DNA of 63,991 nucleotides, the filler included, from Octopus bimaculoides (lineage: Eukaryota), in assembly GCF_001194135.2 (NCBI RefSeq). It is 7 parts of 7 records of this genome, joined end to end, with 100 filler letters (N's around TTAATTAATTAA, not from the genome) between each part and the next. Parts side by side here need not be neighbours in the genome. Positions count along the whole stretch, not along the records: positions 1 to 18,174 come from NC_068985.1; 6 more parts are not named here. One strand, given 5' to 3'. Shown here piece by piece: positions 1 to 12,170 of the stretch. Under the pieces are notes generated by a model that saw nothing but the letters and a program-made list of their open reading frames with translations, searched no databases and was not told the origin of the DNA. Both the position numbers and the translations under genes were made by a program. Every line of letters starts with the position of its first letter. The first letter of the stretch is position 1.

Positions 1-345
1 GCCCCTGAACTGGCTCTTGTGTGGGGTTGTTGTGGGATTTTCGAGCGGGATCGTTGCTGGTGCCCCTGGACTGGCTCTTGTGCGGGTGACACATGAGGTT
101 TCTCGAGCGAGATGAGCGTGGCCGTTGCCAGTACCGCCTGACTGGCCTTCGTGCGGGTGACACGTAAAAGCACCCACTACACTCTCTGAGTGGTTGGCGT
201 TAGGAAGGGCATCCAGCTGTAGAAACACTGCCAAATCAGATTGGAGCCTGGTGTAGCCATCTGGTTTCACCAGTCCTCAGTCAAATCGTCCAACCCATGC
301 TAGCATGGAAAGCGGACGTTAAACGACGACGACGACGACGATATA
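1..345 (+). mobile_element. RTE-LINE 3' tail copy (tandem 3'UTR modules plus terminal GAT/GAC repeats)
   Basis: Tail GCACCCACTACACTCTC..GAGTGGTTGGCGTTAGGAAGGGCATCCAGCTGTAGAAA..CCATGCTAGCATGGAAAGCGGACGTTAAACGA matches the tail that follows the RTE coding remnant at 36285-37045. Confidence 0.75.
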
Positions 346-744
346 TATGTATATGTATGTATGTATATACACTGGCCGTCGATCTGTGGAAATCTGACGC
401 CAGGTACTGTGAAACACATTGGTTGGAGGACACAGTCCTTACCTCAATATTTTTCATCTGTGAAACTCTTTATCAGAGGTTGGCAAGCTTCTTTTATTAT
501 TAATTCCTTCGTGGAACCATTGATAACTTATCGACCCCCCACCCACCATCATGCAAATTTCTAACTTAAAATTAAAAGTATGATAAGAAAAATGTTCTTG
601 ATTTAAAAACAATATTCTCTTTATTCTTTTATTTGTATTGCATTTGGAAAAGAAATATTTAAAGAAATTTAACGAAAATACTTAACAAAATTGATGAAGA
701 ACAATAAAAATTCAATGGTATTATATTCGTTTCAAATTTTAGCA

Positions 745-905
745 CAAGACCAGTAATTTCAGGACAGGAGTCATGTCGATTATAGCGACCCCAGTGCTCA
801 AATGGTACTTCTTTTATCGATCCCGAAAGGAGTAAAGGCAGAGTTGAACTCGGCGAAATGCCGCTAAGCATTTTTCCCGGTGTGATAACGATTCTGCCAG
901 CTGGA
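745..905 (-). mobile_element. tRNA-derived SINE, family A (degenerate)
   Basis: Reverse-complement match to the family A core TTTACTCCTTTCGGGATCGATAAAAGAAGTACCA and to the GAGTTCAACTC box. Confidence 0.6.
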
Positions 906-1839
906 ATTCAGTGATATTATATTGGTATCATTGGAGTTTTTTGTATGAAATATGTTTGGTGAATACTAGTAATTTTATCAATATATGGCTGGAAAGTAAT
1001 GTCTTTTAACTTTAAATTACTACGCTCTCTCCGATTCAGTTCGCTTATAATTCAGCACCTTCAATACTCCAAATCGTTTCACTGTTTATCGCTCGCTTGA
1101 ATAACCACATACGAGGATGGACGGAAAAATTCGTAAATGGCTACGAAGGAGTGATGTCAGAGCTGTGAAATCTTGCATACATTAATTTCAATCCTTTTAT
1201 TAATAGCTGCATTGTTTCTTTCCGGGTAAACTGACTTCAAAAGTAACTAATAACGACTTCTCTTGAAAATGTACAAAATTTGGCACCCTGATGTTATCAA
1301 GCACCTGCAGAAAAATGGTTTAGTCCCCAAAGGACATTCATGCTGGCATGGTAGCTCGTAGACCCCAAGGGGTCGATAGTGACCGCTTTATCGATCCTAC
1401 TCTTTATCAAGGGTTCTCAGACATTATTTAAATGAATTTTCCACCAGAAACGAGGCTTTTGAAAAGTCTATAGCGAAATTTGAACTCATATCACAGATCC
1501 TTAGTAGTATTACTTATGTGGGGCTCCAGGTATCTATGGAACCAGGGTTAGGATCCGTTGTTCTATGTCACTACCAACCCAAAAGTGGCAAGCTGGTTGG
1601 ATCGTTAAGCACGTCGGACAAAATGCTTTACGTTCTGAATTCAAATTCCCGCCGAGTTCACCTTTACCTTTCATTCTTTCAAGTTCGATAAAATGAAATA
1701 TCAGTCAAGTACTGAGATCTGCGAAATGGATTAACTCCTTCTCCCTAAAATTGCTGGCCTGGTGCCAAAACTTATAACAAAATATTACTGTCAACACAAA
1801 ACACACATATCTTGTCTTTTACAAACGCTCCCTCTCTTT

Positions 1840-2410
1840 CGCACACACGCGCACGCACAAGCACACATACACACACACACTCTCTCTCTCTCACACACAC
1901 ATACACACACTCTCTCTGCCCTCTCTCCCTTTCCCTTCAAGCTTTCTCTCTCACTTTCTGTTTTGTTACGCTCGTCTCCTCTCTCTCCCCTCTCTTATAC
2001 ACACACGCTCTCTCTCTCTCTCTCTTTCTCTCTCTGTCTCTTACTCTATCTCACTCGCTTTCACTTTCTTTCATTGTGTCTCTCTCTCTCTTCCTTCCTC
2101 TCTCACCTCTCTCTCTCTCTCTTTCTCCCTCTTTCTCACACACTCTCTCTCTCTCACTCTCCGTCTTGCTCGCCTCTTTCTCGCACTCGCTCCTCTTTGG
2201 CTCTCTCTCTCTCTCTCTCACACTGTCTCTCTCTCTCTCACTATCTCTCTTTCTCCTTTGTTCTCGTTCTCTCTCTCTCGCTCTCTCTCACACTTTCTCC
2301 CGCCTCTCTCTCTCATTCTATCTCGCTCAATCAACTCTTTTTCTCTCTCTCTTTCTTTCTTTCCCTCTTTCTCATTCACTCACTCTCTCCCTCTCCCTCT
2401 CACTCTTACA
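1840..2410. repeat. compound (CT)n/(CA)n microsatellite
   Basis: About 570 bp of interrupted CT and CA dinucleotides; explains the ORFs at 1762-2536. Confidence 0.95.
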
Positions 2411-2702
2411 GTGAAGCCCATTAAAAGTGTTAACTGTATCGAGAAAAAGCAAGACAATATGGTTCTGAAAGGCACATCCCTCTTCTCCATAAACCAGCTG
2501 GACAACTATTCAAAGCAGTGGCGCGTCTCACGGTAAATTTCCAATTTATTTGATCTTTTGTATTATTGTTCCAGGTGTGTGATTAAATCTATAATGTTTA
2601 GAACCAAAGACTTTCTAATATTCAACATTAATTAAAATCTAAGTAGCAATTAGAACATTTAAACGCTCATCAAATTTTAATAACAAAAGAAAATAAAACG
2701 AA

Positions 2703-2741
<39 letters not shown>

Positions 2742-2743
<2 letters not shown>

Positions 2744-3720
2744 AGCACGATAAGTGGTTAAGTTTGTTCACTGGAGATTGTGTAAGAAGTATAGTCTTGA
2801 AAGAATACGGAAATGGTACGAACATAAGCCAAAAGGCACCACCGAGAACAATGACTGATTTTATGTGATTTTACAATCCAGTATGACTCAGTGATTGACG
2901 CTCAGAGACCAGACGTTGTTGTAATGAATAAAAGAAAGAAGGAAACAAAAATCATAGATATTCTTTTCTACTCTAGGCACAAGGCTTGAAATTTTGGAGG
3001 AAAGAGCCAGTCGATTAGATCGCAACTGCTACTCAATTTATCGCCCCCGAAAGGATGAAAGGCAAAGTCGACCTCGGCGGAATTTGAACTCAGAACGTAA
3101 AGACAGACGAAATACCTATTTCTTTACTGCCAACAAGGGGCTACACACAGAGGGGACAAACAAGGACAGACAAACGGATTAAGTCGATTATATCGACCCA
3201 GTGCGTAACTGGTACTTAATTTATCGACCCCGAAAGGATGAAAGGCAAAGTCGACCTCGGCGGAATTTGAACTCAGAACGCAGTGGCAGACGAAATACCG
3301 CTAAGCATTTCGCCCGGCGTGCTAACCGTTTCTGCCAGCTCGCCGCCTTAAAAATCATAGATATTGCCATAACTTGGGACGCACGCATGGGTGATAAAGA
3401 GCTGGAAATGAATGAAAAATACAAACTACTAAAAGATGAAATTGTGCGAATGTGGGCAATGGAGAGAGTAACTATCATCCCAGTAGCTGTAGGGGCATTG
3501 GGAGCACGAACAACCAGGCTTGAGAAATTGGGATTGACCTGAGGGTAGAACATGCTCAGAAAATTACTCTTTTGGAGACAGCGTGGATTTTGAGATTAGT
3601 GCTTTGGTATTAATTATCGTGGAAGGAGACCGTGTGATATTTTTGGCAACAGTTGGCAACAGGTTGCTGCCCACTCTTACAGAAATAACCGCAACAAGTA
3701 AAATCGAGAAGTAAAATGTG
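2742..3720 (+). mobile_element. non-LTR retrotransposon 3' fragment with restriction-like endonuclease (R4/Dong-like), split by a SINE
   Basis: Decayed translation VVKFVHWRLCKKY..WYEHKP..ILCDFTIQYDSVIDAQRPDVVVMNKRKKETKIIDI|AITWDARMGDKELEMNEKYKLLKDEIVRMW..IIPVAVGALG carries the RPD..D..E..KY RLE signature; frame restored when 2963-3365 is removed. Confidence 0.8.
2963..3349 (-). mobile_element. dimeric tRNA-derived SINE (family A) with 16-bp target-site duplication
   Basis: Head AAGGCGGCGAGCTGGCAGAAAC..GAGTTCAAATTCC; core GCCTTTCATCCTTTCGGGGTCGATAAA present twice; TSD AAAAATCATAGATATT at 2947-2962 and 3350-3365. Confidence 0.9.
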
Positions 3721-3839
3721 GAGATTTAAACTCAGCACATAAAGAGCCAGAAAAATTCATGCAAAACATTTTGTCCGAAGCGTTAACGATTCTGCCGAAC
3801 TACCGCCTTTGATAAAATTAATATTTTCTTTCGACTAAA

Positions 3840-4045
3840 GGCAATGAACTGACAGAATCGTTAGCACGCCAAACAAAATGCTTAGTGGCATTTCGTCCGT
3901 CCTTACGTTCTGAGTTCAAATTCAGCCAAGATCGACTTTGCCTTTCATCCTTTCAGAGTCAATAAATTAAGTATCAGTTGGGCATTGGGATCGATGTAAT
4001 CGACTTAACCCCACCCCCGAACTTGATGGCCTTGCGCCAAAATTT
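3840..4045 (+). mobile_element. tRNA-derived SINE, family A
   Basis: GAACTGACAGAATCGTTAGC..GAGTTCAAATTC..GCCTTTCATCCTTTCAGAGTCAATAAATTAAGTATCAG. Confidence 0.7.
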
Positions 4046-4149
4046 GAAAATAATAATGATACAACCCTTTGTTCTTTCCTAGCTATCTTTAACCATGTAA
4101 CCATATGCAAATTAGACATTATACGTTAAACTCGTACTAACATCATTGA

Positions 4150-5220
4150 CGGCGACTTTGAAAGCATCTTCTAATGAGGATTTACCTGTATTGTCTCTTG
4201 AACAGCAAGCAAACACAGGCACTACTCATACCGAGTAAACATCATTACATCTCACTTCCCTTAAACATGAGCAGCACGCAACCAGAGCCCTCAAAATCGC
4301 CCCAAATTTAGGACCTCAATATCATCAAGAATTTCTGGCGAAAGCACATCCTTAAATTGCTATGACCACATTTCAGCTTCTATCCTTTCTCTTCACGGCC
4401 AGAAGGTGCTTCAGTCTCCAACTATTATTGACACTCCGAAACTGGGGTAATGCCCTCAATGGAGGGCTGATGCCTGTTATTGTAGTTGTTGTTTTTGGAT
4501 ATAAAGGAAGGAATAATTCCCGTGAACTTTGTAGGTACTTCGTGACCTGTTAGTTTCGATGCTGTTAATATTCTGTTTAAACTATTGCGAGGCGACATCT
4601 ACAGGGATGACATGAGTGGCGACGATTTTTCAGAGAGGTGATATTCCAAGGAGAAAGGACTCGGATAAGTGATCAGTGTGGTGCTTGGTGGGGTGAACAA
4701 CAAGAGTAACGAGAGAAGGAGAAGACACAAGACCAGCCAACTCCGAAGGACAGAGGCCTTTACAGACATCCTAAATCGCATCCAGAAAAGGCTACCAGAC
4801 CGATTGGCATGAAGTCACTCAAGGACATATTCCAGCCTCCGGCCCAGACGTATGCTGCCTCCTCCCTCAAATGTTTCTACTGTTTCTATAATGGTCGCTG
4901 CTCCTCAGAGTTGACTGGACTTAGATTATCACTCAAATATTCCTGCCCTACTCGTTTCTCCTTCTCACTTGTTCAATCCCCACCGGATCCCGCACTTATC
5001 CTTATACCTATCCTTTCTTTCCCAGAACACCGCCCCACTGGAATTCCCATAACTCATGTCTTTCCCGCAAGTGTTGACTATAAGTGGTGTATTCGAACAT
5101 TAATTGTGTCGATCTCCCCAGTCTCAGAGAACACCGAACTGGCTATGAATACTACCCCTTCTTTTGTATTCAGCTACTACAAAGTAAAAGTAGAAATTTT
5201 TCGTCGTTCCACGGCGGCCT
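4150..5220 (+). mobile_element. decayed L2/CR1-group LINE, 3' part of ORF2
   Basis: Broken frames give DILNRIQKR, ASSLKCFYCFYNGRCSSEL and an SFFPRTAPLWNS-like motif typical of L2/CR1/Jockey RT C-termini. Confidence 0.6.
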
Positions 5221-6252
5221 GTTTTTAATGTCTAAAATGGTTTTTCACGATGTAATTGTTATTTTATTTAACTTCTCCCAATCTTCGATTATTTTCAAAA
5301 TTAACTGAAATCCATTGACATCGTATGTCTTTACAAATATGGCAACTAAAGAGAAGAGACCAGCTTGGTACTAAAAAAACTAATAACCGAAAGATTAAAA
5401 TATTTCTTCTGTAGTCACTAGAGAGCCTTTGCACAGACACCCTTTTTACTAGAAATAATAGTCACACACTGCTCGAGTCAACGAAAGATCCTTTATATCC
5501 TCACTCGAAGAGTTAGAAATATCGCAAAAATCTCCCTGCAATCATACTCTAAAAACTTTGAAAAGATAAGTAAAGATATATTAAATGCAGTGTATGATGG
5601 TCATGGGTATATTATCTTTTACAAAACGTCAAGATTATGGCTCATCTGGAACTAAATAACAGGAACAACACTGATAAACAAGTCATTTTAATAGAAACGT
5701 ATTTCGTTTTGGAATTTACTTTTTACGATTATTGATTTGAAACCGAGGAACAGTTTTGCAAATCAGAAAGGCACGTACAGAGTTACAGCGTCTGAAAAAT
5801 ATGCTTTGGCTTGTGCTATTTTACCCGGCTTTTTACGTTATGGATTCAAATCTTTTCATCCCTTCGGGGTTGACGGGTTCGATAGCATCGATTGAGTAAC
5901 TAATTCCCTCATAATTGTTTCCCTTGTACCTAAATTTGTAACAGCTATTATTTGTCATTTAGCTAACCAATTAACTACTCGAATACTTGATTAATCGTTC
6001 AATCACCTGGTTTGTCAGGATCCTTCCGTCGGATGTAACGATGTAACGGAACTCCTCCTAGTCTGAAGCTAGCAATCAAAGGGGAAATCACCAGCAAGTT
6101 ACTAGTTGTAAATTGTTGTTTATCTCCCTTCATTGTCAACATGCACGTGTAACTCTTCTCTAAATTAAAATTAAAGAACAAACGTTACTGGAGAAGCTGA
6201 CCCATGGTGGGACATGTCAACCCTTTAAGGTTAAATATACATACATATACAG

Positions 6253-6285
<33 letters not shown>

Positions 6286-8380
6286 TTTGCATTCTATTGA
6301 ATCTTGATCTAATCCAATATTATTTACCGTAAACCGCCTTTACGAACATGTATTGTAGCAAGCTAAACCCGAAATTCGGAGATAGCGATCTCTTATAAAA
6401 TCAAACATTATCCTCAACTTAAATTATTTGTGAATTAACTGCTGAAATTTATTTTGTCTATTATCATTATAATTATTATTTTTATTTATTCTTAGTAGGG
6501 CTTCTTTTTTTTTTTCTGTTACCTAAAATAAGCTTAAATATTTTAGCAAAGCATTTGTTACATTGGTATTAAATACTAATTTAAATTGACTCTAAATATG
6601 TGGCAGAGTCGTTAAGGAAATTTTATTTTTCAGTCGGAAATAATCAAGTCTTCGATATTATATCCATAGTAATATAGTTTGTAATAAAAGAAGAAATGCT
6701 AAATTCGTTTTATATACCATTTACTATAAGTAGTTTGTCGAATCATGATGTGCGATGGACGCTAATCTAGTTTCGCAGCTCCTGAAATTCGCTTTCACCA
6801 AAATATTTCTTCTTTTTACACTTTCGCTTAAGCTTGACATAACTTTTAGTTCTTTTACATTTTATTGGGAGATTTAACTGCTATTTGTAGCTGATCAAGT
6901 AACTATTTTCTTGTCAACCTTAATGAACCGATATCAATCATTAGAAAATGTCATTTAAATTATTTTCTCTAACTTACCTTCTTATAAATGTTTAAAAGCT
7001 ATTTCAATAATTTATTTGTATACATCTTTCTTGTAGCTGTTTAAAAACAATGATAGATAGTGGCCTAAATCTCTATCATTCGTTAAGGGAGAGTTGGTTG
7101 CTATTTCTAGCAGGTCTGATAGCCATATAGATGATTTGTAGTCATTGTAGGTGGACATTTTGCGAAAGTAAAAAAAAAGGTGTTAAAACAAAACTGGAAA
7201 GACAAAATTATTAGGCGTCCAACACGAAGAGAGTCGGTTTAGTGTGGTGTGATACTAGACTATAATATAAGATAAACTATATTACTGCAGTAATCCTGCT
7301 ATATAATACACTTAGTTTAAATCCTTTCAAGCTTTGTTTCAAGACTAACCATGTGTTTACTTACCTTTTATACTTTCACTATTGCTAAGAGGAGATAATC
7401 CACATACTTTTCTTTAGTCCAATTTTTGCAGATTGGTCAAACAGTATCAGTGACCAGGTTATAAATATACTGTTAAATATACATGATAAGATAGATAGAT
7501 AGATATAGATATAAACTAAAATCAACTAACTATAACTGTGCATAATAGGAATGACCACCATGACTCTATGTTGCAGTGTGTGTTTGTATATGTTTGTATA
7601 CAGAGAGAGACCTGATTAATCATGGTCAAACATGAAACAGAAGGTATCACTTAATCAAACATAACTATACTCTACACCATGTATTGAAAGCACTCTTTCT
7701 CTTGTAATAATCAACACGTGTGTGTGATATAAGTTTGATAAATGCCAATGCATAAAACTCTCAGCCCTTGAGTCACTCTGTTGCTTCTGCTTAATATTAA
7801 TAAAAATATACATATACTCATATTTTGAGTTCTATTTTCCCTGTTTGCATCACCATACCCATATATATCCATTTATAAGATCAGCAGTTAAAGCAGAGTT
7901 TTTGTAAACCAAAGGTCATGATTTCATGCCTCACTAGAGTGCTTCTTTATTATCAATGGTTTTTATGGTTTTGCCCCAGTATAGCATCAGTCAATAATGA
8001 GACCCATTGAATATTTCATTTTTGCATGTGTGTATGCCCCTTTTCAACTTATCAGCCTTGAAAATACAAACATAAAAGCTGATATATTTAAGTTTTACTT
8101 TTTTTAACACTTTGCTAATATGTCTCCCCATCTCTTTCTCTCCATATAGAGACATGCATTTAATCTTGGCCAACATGGCCTGATGACCAAAACAATCTAA
8201 AGCCAGTATCTAATTTCTGAAGGATAATAAATCTATCTCTGTGTAGTTGTTATAAAGATATAGACTGCTGTGATTATATTCTGATAAAAATTTGATATCT
8301 ACCATGTTGGTCTTCTACTATATTTTCTCTCTTCTTTCAGTAATTTAAGTCCTCATCTGAAATCAGTTTAATTTATTATA

Positions 8381-8472
8381 ATGGACTTACTTCCCCATCA
8401 TACTCGAGACTTCCGATCCAATGCCTACTGGGACCGATTTTTCAAAACTCGTGGTCTGAAACCTTTTGAATG
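8381..8472 (+). CDS. METTL13: METTL13 (eEF1A lysine and N-terminal methyltransferase) coding exon 1
   Basis: MDLLPHHTRDFRSNAYWDRFFKTRGLKPFE(W) resembles human [31 protein letters not shown]; donor TG|GTAAG at 8473 (phase 2); acceptor TTTCAG at 8340 implies an upstream non-coding exon. Confidence 0.93.
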
Positions 8473-8605
8473 GTAAGAAAACTAATCCTGATATTTGTTT
8501 AACCTTTTCAGTCTGTCTGAAACTGTACCTGGTTCCATGATACAAACTTCCTGTTTTGAAGTGATCTAAATTAAAAGCTTCCATCAAATTTTCATGTTAA
8601 TTTAA

Positions 8606-8826
8606 CCCTTTAGTATTTAAACTAGCCATATCCAATCCAAATATCTTATCTGTTTTATGTTCAAACCAACCATATCTCATCTCTCAAACCTACCCTACAA
8701 TGTCATTCTAAATATGCAACAGTCACATTATAATACTCTTAAAGCTACGAGATAAAACCTAATTAACTCAAAACAATGTGAATAAATAAGCTTTACATTT
8801 GACAGAAAAATTTGAATACTAAAGGG
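8606..8826. mobile_element. piggyBac-type MITE (221 bp)
   Basis: TTAA at 8602-8605 and 8827-8830; 12-bp perfect TIR CCCTTTAGTATT/AATACTAAAGGG; a truncated relative lies near 11800-11870. Confidence 0.85.
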
Positions 8827-8850
8827 TTAAGTTTCAAACACGAGCTTAAT

Positions 8851-8908
8851 AATGATTAAGTACATGGCTTTCACCCAGGTGGCCCTGGTTCGATTCCCGG
8901 CACCGGAA
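8851..8908 (+). pseudogene. tRNA-Glu(TTC) pseudogene, 5'-decayed
   Basis: TGGCTTTCACCCAGGTGGCCCTGGTTCGATTCCCGGCACCGGAA matches the anticodon arm to acceptor end of eukaryotic tRNA-Glu(UUC); mismatches in anticodon and T stems; A box and D arm lost. Confidence 0.7.
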
Positions 8909-9285
8909 CATAAATGACTAAGTAATTATACTAGATTCTTTATTGTTTCTTTAATTGGAATAAAGGCAAGCTTTAAAAAATTAGTACTAGGGGTTAATTC
9001 ATTCAACTAAAAAATTCTTCAAGGATGTGCCCCAGCATGGCCACAGTCTAATGACTGAGAGAAGATAGATATGAAATTAACCCCACGTACAGACACTAGA
9101 GTAAGCAGTTAGTTGATTCTAATAATACTGTGAAAAACTTCAGATTGATATGCCATAATTGTTAGGAGATGGTTGCTCTTTTCTATAAGACATAAATTCA
9201 TTCTAAAATGGGATTGTATTATGTTCCTTTTGATATTCTTAAGAATCTCCTTGCATCTAATTTTGTTTTCTTGTCTTTCCAAAAG

Positions 9286-9514
9286 GTATGGGGAATTCAC
9301 TGACCTCTGCTCAGTATTGTGCAAGTATGTGAAAACCACAGATAAAGTGTTAATGGTAGGTTGTGGTAACTCACAGCTAAGTGCAGACATGTTTGATGCA
9401 GGTTTTAAACGGATAATAAACATTGATACCAGCTCTGTTGTTATCAAACAAATGCTCGACAAAAATCAAACACACCGTCCTGAAATGAAATTTCTTAAAA
9501 TGGATGTTACTGAG
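9286..9514 (+). CDS. METTL13: METTL13 coding exon 2 (N-terminal MT13-N methyltransferase domain, motif I)
   Basis: YGEFTDLCSVLCKYVKTTDKVLMVGCGNSQLSADMFDAGFKRIINIDTSSVVIKQM..MKFLKMDVTE; AAAAG acceptor, GAG|GTAAG donor; 229 nt keeps frame. Confidence 0.96.
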
Positions 9515-11884
9515 GTAAGATTTCATCCTACTTTTTCTTGTCCAACCAAATCTTCAACCCAGTTCATCATCATCATCATTATTTATTGTTTTAACATTCA
9601 ATATTCCATGCTTGCATGGATCAGGCAGAATTTGTTGAGGCAGATTTTCTACAGCCAGATGCCTTTCCTGTCACCTACCATCATCCATTTCCAAGTAAGT
9701 TAATGTTACCCCATGTAAACTGGAACCAAAGAACACTGCTTGTTTAAATGCGACACTCATTTACAACTATCATATCATATCAAGACAAGGAAACAGTAGC
9801 ATGCACACACACACACACACCTCCATGTTCATGCTTATACACACATATATATATGTATGTTTGTATTTATGTGTGTGTGTGTGTATGAATCATCATCATC
9901 ATCATCATCATCCTTTATTGTCTGTTTTCCATGCTGGCATGGGTTGGACAGTTTGACCAGAGCTGGCAAGCTGCACTAGGTTCCTGTCTGATTTGGCTGG
10001 ATGCTCTTCCTAATGCCAACTGCTTTACAGAGCATGTGGAGTGCTTTTAACATGGTACCAGTACAGGCACTTATTACACACACACATATAGCTTCCATCT
10101 ACCAAATCCACTCACAAGGTTTTGGTTAGCCTGGAGCTACAATAGAAGAAACTTGCCCAAAGTGTCACAGAGATCATCATTATCCATGTCTGACTACAAC
10201 CAATAATTTCTGAAAAGAGAGAGGAAGACAGAGAAACAATGGGAAGAATTAGCATCAGTGCATGACTGGTACTTTGTTTATTGTCTCACCAGCACAGCCA
10301 AAGGAAGAAAGGTGAGGTCAACCTCAAAGTATTTAAACTCAGAATGAAGAAAGAATACTATTAGACAATCTATCCAACACTCTTACATCTCTCTCCCAAA
10401 TCACCACTGATATAACACCTCAGTATTTTATTGGGATTTTGAGGTGGGAATGCTTAGAGGAAGAAGGGGAGTGAGTGTGACCCTATGATCACTTTTCAGT
10501 GTTATTGTTTTAACATTCAATATTCCATGCTTGCTTGAATCAGGCAGATTTTCTACAGCCAGATGCCTTTCCTGTCACCTCAGAGCTTCTGAGGCTGGTG
10601 GGAGGAAATGAATTATTTATACTCAGATGGATACCCAAGGGTTAGGTGAGTTAGATCAGTGAGGCCATTTTCCATACTGGCAAGAATTAGTTAAACAAGA
10701 ACTGGTAAGCTAGAGGACCTCGCCAAGCATCAATCTCTGCATTGCCATGGTTTCTACTGCTAGATGCCCTTCTTAGCACCAACCGCTTTACAGTGTACTG
10801 GGTACTTTTTATGTGATTTTGCTAAAATGGCAACAGATTATATCTATCAAAAAAAGGAAAAGAATATGGCCCTTTCACAGGCTCCCATGCAGTTACCTTC
10901 TAAAATCAACACAAGGTTTTTAGCTAATCTGAGGCCATATTAGAAAAACATTTGACCAAAGTGTCTGACAGTAAAATGAAAATAGTAACAAAGTGAAAAT
11001 GTTTTCCTTATAGCTATATTTGTCCCTTTTTCTTTTAGATATCTTGAATGTAGCACATCAACATCATCATCAAATTATCTTTTAATTCTTTCAGACATGT
11101 TTCTGTTGTTGGTGAGTATGAATTAGAGATGGCAGTGGCCATGTGTTAACCAAGTCAGAATTGACATAACATATTCAAGCCATTAATAAGGGGTATCAAC
11201 ATGATTTTTTAATATTCATTTTGCTATAAATAGCAACCAAATCTCCCTTATATTAACATTCTACAGTTACATCGAGTGACTTTGATTTGCATCTCTATCT
11301 TGTCTAAAGGAAACAATCATTGTATATGAAGAGGTGTTGAAAAGTTCCTAGTTTTAAGGATATTGTGAAAGGCCTGGTTGGAGGCCCAACCTTCCCAAGT
11401 TCTTTTACAGGGCTTAAAAAAAACTGAAGAACTGCTTCAATAAAAGTGAATCTGAAAGGGGAATATGTTGAATAAAATTATAGTTAACTAACTGATCCTC
11501 CTATATTTTTTTTTATCCAAAGCCAGGAACTTTTCAGCACACACACACACACCTGTATTCTTTTAGTTTTACTGAAGGTACATGGCCGAACAGTAAAGGT
11601 GTTGCACTTACAGTCGTAAGATCATAGTTTCAGTTCCTGGGCCAGATGATGTATTGTATTCTTGAGCAAAACTCTTCCTTTCACGTTACTGCACTCTACT
11701 CAGCTGTAAATAGATTTCAACAATAACTGGGAAGTTAACTTTGCAATAGGTTGGCTCCCACTTCAAGGAAAGCAACTTTTTCTTATCGACAGTAGTATTA
11801 ACCCTTTAACATTCAAATTACTATGTCAAATGTAATGCTTATTTATTCACATTATTTTTCACCTATTTCATTTAGACAAGTTAT

Positions 11885-12170
11885 CATCATCATCATTTAA
11901 CATCCGCCTTCCATGCTAGCATGGGTTGGACTGTTTGATAGGAGCTGGCCAGGCTGTTTTGGTGGGTTTTTTACAGCTGGATGTCCTTCCTAATACCAAC
12001 CACCCAGCAAAGTGGACTGGCTGCATTTTAAGTGGCACAAGCACATGTGAAGTCAATTTTGGTATAGTTTTTACAGCTGGATGCCCTTCCAAATGCCAAC
12101 CACTTTACAGTGTGGACTGGATGCTTTTTAAGTGGCACCAGCACTAGCAGGGTTACCAAGTAACTTGCAA
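11885..12170 (-). mobile_element. RTE 3'-tail copy in METTL13 intron
   Basis: CATCATCATTTAACATCCGCCTTCCATGCTAGCATGGGTTGGAC..CAGCTGGATG; internal module duplicated. Confidence 0.7.
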
